64,000 nt of DNA. Origin: Catajapyx aquilonaris. Lineage: Eukaryota. Made by a program: the position numbers and the translations under genes. Of this stretch, positions 52,601 through 64,000 are shown piece by piece. How positions within the stretch are numbered: position 1 is the first letter of the stretch; the number at the start of each line of letters is the position of its first letter. The stretch covers positions 1 to 64,000 of the forward strand of contig KZ538035.1 in assembly GCA_000934665.2 (NCBI GenBank). Direction: 5' to 3'. Under the pieces are notes generated by a model that was given only the letters and a program-made list of their open reading frames with translations, was not told the origin of the DNA and searched no databases.

Positions 52601-55600
52601 TGGTTAGTTTAGTTTATTCGCAGCAGAAATTAAGGTTGGCAGAGGAAAGACCCAGTAGACTGATAGGGATCGGTAAGTGGAGGAGATAAAGGGACAGCAG
52701 CTATAGGTCGTCATAGGTTATGCAACACCAGGTTAGTTTAAAACTGGACTGACACTTTGCCAACCTTGTTTTGGTTGTCAATCTTCATTTGAACTCTGTT
52801 CACTGTACAGCATGACAGGTGCCAGTTTAGTTTATATTATATAAATGTCAGTGTACTTTATATCTCTCATGGGATGGTCTATAATTCTTTTATTATTAAT
52901 TAAAGTTTGCGCCGGACGGCACAGTTCTGCAAAGCAGTGCAAATGTCCAATACATCACTATAAGTTTTCATGAACTACACTGTAACCTGACCCTGCAGTC
53001 TATTTTACGACGCCTATATCCACAATGAATGTCCGATCGTTTCAGTAGAAATTTCTTTTTCTGACAGCACCTTATTTCACGCTTTAGAAAATGGTGCACA
53101 AGAAGTTGTGTCGCGCCTTGGATTGTCATGAAAACTTTTTAGTCTTTTGTATAGAGGCACATAAAGTTGCAAGGAGGGTCCGAAGCATTCAGAGGCATGA
53201 AGAAAGGAGGAAGAGAGGTGGGTAGCGATTAGTAGACTGAGGGATCGGAATGCACAATAAGGAGGGACGAAGATCGATCCCTCTTGCCTCCTTCAGCAGC
53301 CTTATTTTCGGATTCCGATCTTCTCCTGAGAGACGCCTACACGCGAAAAGAGGACGTGACTGCGAGAGTAATTACTTGGCCGGCAAGTTGAAGCACCGCA
53401 TACTTACTCATTTGACCCGGCTGGGCTTCTCAGATGCTTAACTTGTCTATAGAGTTAGGGAGCTGAGGGCACAGTAATCAACCGATCCAGGCTATGAAGT
53501 TACAGTGATGGCTAACCAGACTGTCTCACAAAGCTTGCACTGAGAGAGAAATCTGTTCCTCCTTGGAGATCTGGTCGACTATAGATGAGACCTGGTTCTC
53601 CCTCTAAGTGGACCGACAACTACGAACATGGCAACTGAAATTGCGTCAATATTATTGCAGTGCCCGAAGAAGTAGTGAGAATTCTCGATCTATGTGCAGG
53701 AATGCAAGGCATTCAGTGGGTCTTCCACCAACAGCACTGTGAATTGTGCCTTCAGTGTTCTGAGTACTTGGGGAATAACTACAACAGATTCACAGCATCC
53801 AAAAAGTGGTTGCTGGAGAGCCAGGAAAGTTTGACATAACCGTGGTGCCAATGGATTCGGCTCCAGGAGGGTCCTATCGATAATGTGCGCTTATCTGCCG
53901 ACCTGCAAGGGCTATGTATTTGTGGCCAAAAAATGCAAAAAAAAAGTAAAATGCCCCTCGAGAGAATATAAACAAAATGAACTTTTCAGAAGAGATCAAA
54001 CCATAAGTTGTACTTTCTGTAAAAGGTACTCCCACCTCCTTTTTGTTTCAACCTGGCATGGTGCAACCCAACGAACACGATTTGCATTGCTATGTTAATA
54101 CTATCGAAACTTTCCTTTCATTTTGGGACACTTGTCACGTGGAGATTCGGGGCATTAACAATTTAGCCAATAAATACGTGATATTGAAATGAACTAAATT
54201 GACAAAAATGCTAGCTTCATTTAGTCTACAAACCTAAAGTGGATGGAATGAAATAGAAGTAATCCGACATGTTGCCTGACCACCAATTGACTTATAGATC
54301 GGCAATAATACTGCAGTCGAACCTTGCTAACAAGTGCAGCCTAATGAAAGGTGCGTGCGTTGAGAGACATGCTTGGACCAGGTTTCGTGTACAGCCTAGG
54401 GGGGGCGTGACAGACACAAGCTAATTTACCCTGGAACCCCCCACAGTACATGGTGTGACACGCACGTCAGCGTGTCACTTAAATCAGCGAAGCCAGCTGA
54501 TAGAAGAAGCAAGCCAAGGCGTCGACTGACTGGCTGGTTTGTTCCGTGGCTCGTTTTGTTCCCTGGAGGCAGGCGCCCTTGACTAGTTCCATTCAATTTA
54601 CGAGCCAATCAGCCAACCCTCAACATCCGGAGAGACCCACGTAAAAGAGGAAAGTACGCCTCAAGATAGCCTTCCATTAGCAGCTGGCTTATCTCTCGGG
54701 GGACTCGCAAGTGCTAATTTGTGAGTCAGCTGCGGAAGATGCTCTCATCGAACTGCCTTCCAATGCCAGACACACTAAGATGGCCCTCTAAAAAATTTTG
54801 CTTCAACCAGCCAGAATCCATCTCCTCCTATAAGAAAAACCCATTCTCTCCACCCACCATCCCTGAATTCATTCTTACGATAGTGGATCTCTCCCCCTCT
54901 CGAAATTTGATATCATGTCACTCAGAACGATGTCGCATATTTCAACCTAGTTGGGCTCCATGCAACTTGGGGACAGAAGATCTGGCCAATCACGGCAGCA
55001 TTTTGGAAGGCACGAGGTTGTGGCCAGGGATAAATGAAGCAGTCGCGCGCAACGGTTGGCTTGGAAATTTCGTAGACGACATGGGTGCGAGACTTGCGGC
55101 GGAAGAGGAATTCTTGTGGAAAACGGAGACGTCAAAGCATTCCAAATGATGAGAGATGTACCTGGCTGCCTTCTGCTTGTTGCGAGGGAATTTATTTCGA
55201 CGTCTGACGGTTACCATTGCATCTGCCTTTTTCTGGCAGCTTCAAATGGATGCGTTCAATTATTTTGGATGGCCTGGATCCATCATCCACGTTTTTTTCC
55301 AGATATGGGTTCGCTTATGCGTGAAGGAGGAACGTTTAAGGGAATGCCTTTACGGGCAGAAGAGTCGACACTTCTCAGAAGTGGAAGGGGTTTCTAAAAT
55401 AGTCATAACTTTTTATTGTCGCTTCATAAGTTATTACCCACACTGGAAAAACTCAAAGTGGACTATAACTTCAAATTATGATCCATAACTCAACATATGA
55501 TTATACAGTTACTGTCCTCAGTTATCGTGGTTCTAAAGTATTCACGGAAACTTAACTTTTCTTTTGCACGAGTACTCAGTAACATTATATGATACATAAT

Positions 55601-58078
55601 TTCTGGCCCCTGGCCTTTTCTGTCTCATTAACCTCAGAGACAAGAGAATGGTGGACCTGAATAAAAGCTACATAATTGGGACTTTGTGAAGGAAAGCAAT
55701 TTAGCAATCTCGTAACTTTTACATTTATGAGAGAGATGTATTTATTGCTGCCAGTATTTAACATCATGTTAGTTTAAGTGTATAGAAGTAGTTGGATCTC
55801 TGGATGCGAGGTTGCCAAGAGAGAAAGGCTGTCCATGCGACTGGTTAGGTATAATTATTTGTGTTGATAAATCCTAGTTGTTAATTTTGGATATTTGGAT
55901 TTGTGATGAACTGTTTCATGTGAGCAAACACTGCTCATTTTCATTGCGAACTTGAAAATGTCATCCAAGTGCCATCCCGGGAGGGTCAGGTGTGTCATAG
56001 TCATGCACTGATCTGACTGATGCACATAGTTATATGGTGAAAGGTTATGTCAGACCTTATTTTATAATACACTATTTTGTGTTTTTGAGCAGCCTGTTTA
56101 ATGTTTTATTACACAGAATAGTATGTCATTTTAACTCATCGTCGACTACCCATAAGAAAAATGCCGTTATGATGATGATGGTGATTTGCCAAGAGGCGAA
56201 TTTATTCTCGACCAAGTGCTCTACTGTCACGTGATACCATCATGGTCACAGAATGAATTCTTGCATTAAGTATTCATGTATGCATATTTAGCGCAGGTAA
56301 TCTAAAACCTTTTGTATTTTAACGAGATCAGCAGGAAAAGGTTGTGGAGTTAATCCACAGTGGTTTTTGACATGGATATACTTGGTAACGGGAGCTCGCA
56401 TTTTCTAATATTTGTGCTGCAAAAAATGGGCACTGACCATTTTTAAAAGACGCAATGTGTAAAGGTTTAATGCTGACTTGATCATTATCAATAAGGATTG
56501 ATACCAGTTTTTGATAGATAAAAAAAACCTCACCCGGCGTAATTCTAACAATGTTTTGAATTATGCATAACTTTTGGGACGGGAATATTGATTGAAGCAA
56601 ATTAATGTGGTGGTGCAGGAATTTTAATATCTCATCAATTAAAATGCTCTCACTCGCTTTAACAGCAAATCAAGCCATGTCAAAAATGAACACTGGACAC
56701 ATCTGACTGTGAGAAAAAAGTTGTTCAACACCTGACCGCGAAGTAGTTTGCCTGAATCATGAAACATCCTGTATAATAATATGTTACCTAATAATTATTA
56801 TTCTACAGTGTACGACAACATGTGGAATTTGGTAAATTCTACAGAAAGAACAGTCATCATTAACACATTTTGTCACGGAACGCAGGGGTTTAGGCTAACT
56901 ATTACAGTGCAACACTGCTGGGTCTGGCCAATTGTTACCAAACTCTATCCATTAATCTGTTTTGGAATTACTGCCAATCATTTCTAGGCCACTTCTATTC
57001 GTTTCCTATCCCCCAACTTCAGGCATAAAAATAAAGACAGTAAATTAGCATAACCTCAGGTGCCAAGGGGGAGCGTGGACACAATATTCAACCTTAAAGC
57101 GTATGAAACTGTCAGTATTCTACGAATAGTGTGCTTCCTTATTCAACTGGGACATTCCTCAGATGATGGTAAAATTGTACCACACCTGAAATAGTGCGCG
57201 TCTCTGCAGTGTTTTATAGGAACGGTCACATTTGAACTTAGGAAGTGATGGTTACCATAAAGTGCTCATAGGACATAGTGAAGCATTGTAGAGCATCAGT
57301 TCTCATAGCAGGAAGGAATAGAGACAAAGAATATCGAGCGAGGGAAGGAGGGGGACCATGCCCAATATCAGGAACAAGGGGTTGAATCGAGGCTGCCAGT
57401 ATATACTGTAAGACACAAAGGAAGAAAGGTGAAACTGCAAAATTAATTACTTAGACATGAATTAATGCACACGCACCCATATTCAAATTCCGGTCACGCG
57501 AACCTGGATATTATACTCCACGTTAAGCTTGGGCTGCATGTATGTCACCGAATTGTGCCTTGACTGGTCTTGTTAGTTACACTAAATCATATTACAGAAT
57601 GAAGTGAGTTTATTCAAGTTGAGTTTATATAAATTCGGTGAGCTGAATAATTCATTCTAATATCGGTGTAAATTTTTGAATTATTAGTAAGTGGGCTAGC
57701 AGCGCATGAAAAGACATAATTCAATTTCAAACATGAACCATGCAACGTTCCCGCTTGAAAATATAATTTAGTTACTAGGGATGAGAGTGTGGCGTAACAA
57801 TTGACTTGTCAACCCATTTAGTAGAATACGATTTTTTCTTAAAAATTCGACGAAGCGTGGAGAACTATAATCATAAAGAGTACTGTAGCCTATGATTGGA
57901 AAGGGACAAAGCTGCGGGACTGCAGCACGTCTATTTGTACGTGCAATGCACGTTAACTACGACAATATGAACTCATATTTATATTATGCAAATCAAATAA
58001 CGAGTGCACTGGAAAGGCGTGGAGAAATAGAAATGTTTTAATAAAGATTTTAATAAAACAGGTTTCATTTTTACCATT

Positions 58079-58369
58079 CTCTCTAAAAAAAATAGAGTTA
58101 AAAAAACTCAAGTTGGGTTCTTTTTAACTCTTTTAAACCTTGAAAGTGGTCATTACCAAAAATGAGTTATAATAACTCTTTCGCTGGAGTTAAAACAACT
58201 CTTTCAGTTCATTTCATCCTCCGAAAGAGTTATTCATTAACTCTTTCGGAGGATGAAATGAACTAAAAGAGTTGTTTGAACTCCAGCAAAGAGTTATTAT
58301 AACTCATTTTTGGTAATGACCACTTTCAAGGTTTAAAAGAGTTAATTTAACTCTTATTTTTTTAGAGAG
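58079..58369. mobile_element. Foldback-type palindromic MITE, about 290 bp
   Basis: Termini CTCTCTAAAAAAAATA / TATTTTTTTAGAGAG. Near-perfect arms over 110 bp around a loop of about 5 nt (TCCGAAAGAGTTA TTCAT TAACTCTTTCGGA). Internal AACTC/GAGTT subrepeats. Confidence 0.85.
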
Positions 58370-60235
58370 TTGATATTACCATTTTTGCCAGTAATATTTA
58401 AAATGGGTGTGAATGAGTTTTTTTTTTTGCAAAAATATTCTGTTACCTGCCACACCCTATATTGCGCAACTTTATCACCCTCTCCGGATGTTGTCATGAA
58501 CACCAGTCCTTCACTCAGCGCCTTGCACTAACGTCTCCTTCATGCATGTTTTGTTTATAAAAATAATGGTCTTCAGACTCTCTCAGGAAACATATTTCTC
58601 CCAGTGTTCTCCACGTTATAAAGTCTGACGTACACCACTCTCCAACCTCCGCGTTTCGAAGAATATATGGGGTGTAATCGAAATCCTTTTAGAATCCCAT
58701 CAATCATGTCTGCCACTTGCGACGTGAAGTAACAAGCAGAACAAAAATGCTGCTATAACCTTCAGTCAATAAACGGTACCATTTTTTTGTTTATTTTAAG
58801 CATGTCCTGCATGATGGCATCGCCAACTGTGGACATTATCATATTCTAATCACGCTTTCATCGGAGTTTGTTTTGGATTTAAAAATAACACTGTGCTGAG
58901 AAGGATCCCAATTCCACATCAGTATAAAGCCAATGGTCGGTTTGGTGCCGAAAAATATAGGACCGGGTTCAGCGGTAGTGGTAAATCCGGCCCTACCCGT
59001 GGGTGTTGGGTAGGTGGACATTGGCACAGACGAAAAGAGATAGGCAATCGATTTGGGCTGCCTGCTGTGTGGCGTTTCGTGTCGCCGAATGAATTTGTAG
59101 TTGGCTTACAGTTAACCAGGATCAAAAGTGTAAACTGGTCTTCACACATTCCCTTATCGCCTTTCAGACCTTGCAACTCCACACTCGTCAATTCGAGCCC
59201 CTATCTAATCTGATTCATTTTTTTACCCCTCACCCTCTACCGCTCCGGTAACATTAACACTATACTATCCTACCTACTTTACACTTTGGTGTGACGTTAC
59301 TGTAACAATTGGAAATTGCATGATGTGTCTACTGAAGTATTACAGTGGAATTTGGAAAAAAAATCAGAGCTGGGGAAAGGAATATAGTTGTTATGCTCAC
59401 TATTGTCAGGAGTTGCACATAATGCCTAAACATAACATTCATTATTAGCCCACTACAGAGCACTGAGGCACCCATGTACGTTTAATCTTAATTAACGTGC
59501 AATTTTTTTAAATGAAACCTTTAAATGTACTGGAACGAACGTTTCCCATCAGTCGTTAATCTAAAATTACCAATCCTTTACCAATTCTCTCTAAAAAGCG
59601 CTTCCATAATGCAGGGCATTGTAGACTACCCAAAGCATTACCGAATTTTGATTATTAGCCCTTTTGTTACGTTACAAATGGAAAACCCCGGTAAGTACTT
59701 TCTAGTGTTCCGATATTCAAGCGGTACAGGCCGCTGTAACAATCATCGATTCCCAATAGCGTGCATATTTTACGGCCATTGTGACATTGAGTTCCCAAGC
59801 ATTTCGTGACACACACCAAGGCATTCAAAGGACTCAGAAATTAGTAACTAGTACTACGTACTAGTAGACGGTAATCCGACCTCTCGTACCGGCTTATTTT
59901 TAACCCCCCCTGTGCACGATAGTCCAAAACCGAGTCCTACTGCGGTCTGCTGATAACTGGAAGGCAACAAGTGCGCAACTTATTACTAATTCAAAAAGCC
60001 AGCAACAAGTAGCGCAAGAGATGAAGCGCGTTCTCTTTCTCTCATTTTGCCCAAGGCTGGGTATATCTCCGGATTTAGATTAGGACCGAAAAGCTCCCTA
60101 GCCAAAGGTTAACTCTGCTGGTCCGCCTTGCTGCTTAGCTTTCGGAATGAGCCCGATGAGTTGAAAACTTCTTTAAGTCAGATCTGTCGCAGTACCCCCA
60201 GGAAAGCTGATTAACCCAGGAATCGTAATGCAAGG

Positions 60236-60371
60236 TTAGGATAGGATAGGTTAGGATAGGTTAGGTTAGATTGTAGGTTAGGTTAGGTTAGGATAGGTTA
60301 GGATAGGTTAGGTTAGGATAGGTTAGGATAGATTGTAGGTTAGGTTAGGTTAGATTATAGGTTAGGTAAGG
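60236..60371 (+). repeat. Interstitial telomere-like (TTAGG)n array with ATAGG variants
   Basis: About 136 bp of TTAGG/ATAGG pentamers with three TAGATT(G/A)TAGG interruptions. TTAGG is the ancestral arthropod telomere repeat. Confidence 0.9.
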
Positions 60372-60601
60372 TTTCAGCAGGTGACGCCCAAGCCTTACTT
60401 CTCCCTAGACACACCATACCCATTTACTAATTCATGTCCAACTTATGTACATAGGTGCTGAGTAATAGAATTTCATTTGGCGCCCATCCATTCAAACCTC
60501 CGATTCCCCCCAACTTGATTAATTCACGGACGACGAAGCTCTTTCGCAGACATTTACACTCGAGGGCCTCCTCTTTCCCCCTCCATCCGGGGGGGGTGGC
60601 T

Positions 60602-60623
60602 NNNNNNNNNNNNNNNNNNNNNN
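60602..60623. other. Assembly gap (22 N) next to poly-G
   Basis: N run in the sequence. Confidence 0.98.
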
Positions 60624-63600
60624 GGGGGGGGGGGGGGAGACGCCTCTTCACGAGTTAATGAGGCCAGCAAGGGAGGAGCGTCTCCAGAAGCAGCATAGCA
60701 CTCACTCCAAACTCATTCGACTTTCAGGAGAAGCATTACGGATTATTGCAGCTATTGTAACGTTCCTCTCAGACCTTGCCCTCTTCGTACGTAGGGGACT
60801 GCTGCGGAAAGAGGATGCACCAAAACTTCCGCGTTTGCGGCTCTTTATACTGTTTGACTTTGGAGTTGGTGGCCACAAGTGACCTGCTGCTGTTATCTCT
60901 TCTAATCATGGAATGCACGTGTTGTTCATGCTGGTAAATCTACTTTTGGGAGCGAGAACGGGGCAGGAGTCAAAATGTGCGAAATGAGCTATTTGCAATT
61001 CTGGACGTCTGTGAATTGCAATGCTCTTGCCAATACTTAGTCAACTGGGAATTTTTTTGCTGCACTCTGAATAACAAGTAGTTAAGAACTGTCAAACCTT
61101 AGCGGCAGCATCATCCTCAATGTAATCAGAATTGCCATTATCTTGGGGTAATGATTTTTTAAACCCCGGCATTACAGGAAGATGACTTTTTAATGCTACA
61201 AAAAATCTCTGCACATAGCGATTTTGTGTGTATAAAATATGCAAAATATGCGTTCCTTCAAAGTATGAAATTGGGTCACCATTGTGAATCAAAAAAAGTT
61301 AGCTAAAAATACCTAGAAAAGCTGCACCGTAAAGGTAGTAGATTTGTTCAAAGTTTGACTTTTATTTTATCGTGTGATCGTAAAGACTTGCGTAAAGTGT
61401 GGAAAATGGGAGTAAGTTCTGTAAGTTTTTTAAAAATGTGAATTTCACACTCAAGATAAGTTCTTTGACTTATTTCGAATGCAAGCAACACTTTGTGCTA
61501 TCGCACAACGTAGCGCATAAATATTAGTAGACCTATACATGAAAGTTTGTGGCCATTATAAGTTGGGCCTGAGATTATTTTCAGCAAACTTTAAAGCGTA
61601 TGAGAAGACTATACAAGATTTCAAAGAAGTGAGAACTTCAGGAACTCTGAAAAATTGGTACCTTCAGGCGTTTAATAATGTCCAACCGAATTCCACTTTG
61701 TCATTTCAGTTCTGTAGCAGGAAAATACTGTTTGCTCAAAAAGATATATTCATGACCTGTACAGTAAAGCTTGTGCCATAAAAATAGCAGTCTATTTACT
61801 AAGCCATGCATAGATGTAGGCCAACTTTCGGCCAAACGCAGCATTATTTAGTACTCGTATACGTGTAGTACATATCTCTCTATTTCGTGCTTACGTGAAT
61901 ATACTATGACCTGAGTTGAGTCGTCCTTTGTTTCAGCATGGAACGAATGGCTTGAGGTGAAGAATTCAATCCGCGTGTTACGTCATAGCTACGGACGACA
62001 TTTAGGGCCTCATGTTCCGCTGGTTGTAGAACCCGTAAGGTTGTGTGTAATCCCAAACCAGTTCGGGGATTACGTCTATACGTTGTCGTTTAACTCACAG
62101 TTGCAGAGGTCCCTAAGGAGCGGTGGGGATGCCAGCTATTTTTGAGAATGGCAACGAGAATACCGACACTACTAACCTGCTATACACATGTGACCTTGAA
62201 TGTTGAGAAAATTTTCTTAGGCTCTATTATTTGTCATTTTTGAAAAAATATGTACCTTAGATGAGTATTTCCAAATGTTGTTCGTGTTCTTTTATCATTT
62301 GGTTTTACCAAGGCATCGCGGCAGAATTTCTGGCTGTGGATTGCAGACGATATCTCTTCACGTCACATAAATGCAATATTTCTGACTCTCCATGCATAAC
62401 CTTGCCCAATATTTCCAGCAAATCAATAGACAATGACAATAAATTCCCGTGGCTGCAATGAATAATTTTTCTTTGAGGCAGGAATAAAGCCTTTTGAATA
62501 TTGGTTTCATTGATTCCTGCTTTACTGTATGCATTACTGAGCAGTACAAACTAGTGATTTTGTGCATATAGTTCACGAGTGCGTGTAATGTAACAAAAAA
62601 GTGCCTCTTTTTGCATTGCTTAAATTAAAGCGTATATATAGTAACATCAGCATTAGATAATGCAAGAGGGTCATTTCCTAGCAGTAATGATTTTTAAAGC
62701 TGCAGTATTAGGCGCGTGTGAATAATTACTTTTTAATGTATCGCAAAGTAGTTAGCTGTTAGTACAGTATAGTTTTTACGCTTAAATATATTTTAACCAG
62801 ATATTCCGACAGACAAGCCATGACGGGAATAAAATAGCGCAAAAAAGGTTCAGTGCATAAAAAATATCAATTCCGAAAGGCTCATCCCTCCCTACTTCTC
62901 GTCCATCAAATTTTGCGCGACTCCTTTATTGTCCCGCCCAAAAAGGCCATGCACATGAGTGTGCGTGCAGTGGAACGGAAAACGGCTGAAAGATCCAGTC
63001 AATGTGCATTTTCGTCATGCACTGCACATGAGATGTGCCCTTTAACAAGTGCCAGGTTGGCACATCTTGTTCAACTTTATATAACGTGCGCCAGTACTCG
63101 TACTTCATTTTTTTTATTCAGCACATGAGGCAATATAGTGCCTTTCATGTTCTAACGTGACTCATTACGGAATATCGGCGTAACTATATGTTCCAATATT
63201 GCAAAATGTAGTTTCTTATACTGGTATTTAAAACTTTCACAATATAGTCAAATACGAGCCTTATTGTTAACAAGGATTCAAAATCATAATGGTGTCATTA
63301 GCGATCGTCCCAGCTTATGAGTTACTTGTGATTCCTAACTAGAAGAATACAGCTCGGCATGAATAACAATGAGTTTACTGCTCGAATAAGCGGGGAGAAA
63401 CGTCGCGTCGGTTCTAAGTCGATTCTGCTTCTGAATCAGGGACGGAAAAAATTGATGTGAAGGATGGTCCTGAATAATCAGGATTGGAAAAGACAAGATG
63501 GCCTACTATTCTGCCATGAGAGGCGGGGCTCCATCCGATTCAATGGCTCCTGCCGATATCTGCAGCATCACGTAGATAGAAAAGCTGCTACCATCCTCCT

Positions 63601-64000
63601 ATCCCTACACCTCAGCCTCTCTCTCGATCGTTGCCTTCCAATTTAGCGCACCATCAAAGTCTGTCCTTATCTATACTGTAGGCCTATACATCCTCATTTT
63701 TGATACCCTCCCTTTTCCAACTATTTTCTGGATTGTCTCATCTGACAGTGTGTGGGCTACGCATCACCTTTCCAACGCCTACACATGCCTTGTGTCCTCA
63801 CTTGTCACTGTGGTTTCGAGTAGGCGTAGCAATCGACTGAGTGCGTTGGCCACGTATCCTAGCTACACGATACCATAACATCCACCTTGGTTGTATCGGG
63901 AAAATCCGAAGAGAGAAAAGGGTGGTCGAGCGAGGTGTCATCTCCAATAACACTAACCGAGGGATCCAATCAAGTCTTTCCGGAGGTACCTCCGGAAAAT

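Overview
Eukaryotic, gene-poor, repeat-rich DNA, most likely from an arthropod (spliceosomal introns, a divergent ionotropic receptor, a TTAGG array). The assembly has N gaps at G/C homopolymers. Two minus-strand genes can be built by hand with phase-consistent splice junctions. (1) A two-exon divergent ionotropic (variant iGluR) chemoreceptor, about 716 aa, at 2274-5071. (2) A seven-coding-exon gene at 10196-27243 (536 aa) with three tandem MATH/TRAF-like domains, a coiled coil and an acidic/His-rich tail. The most interesting signal is in gene 2: its TAG stop is followed by 182 more open in-frame codons. These encode an RxLPxxP SH3-ligand motif, poly-Q and a C-terminal T-W-F PDZ-type motif, making it a stop-codon readthrough candidate. 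The same gene has a GC-AG intron and four consecutive AG|GTCAG donors. The rest of the window holds nested MITEs, tRNA-derived SINEs, several highly decayed DIRS-like retroelement relics, microsatellites and an interstitial TTAGG/ATAGG array. All calls are by eye; no database searches were run.
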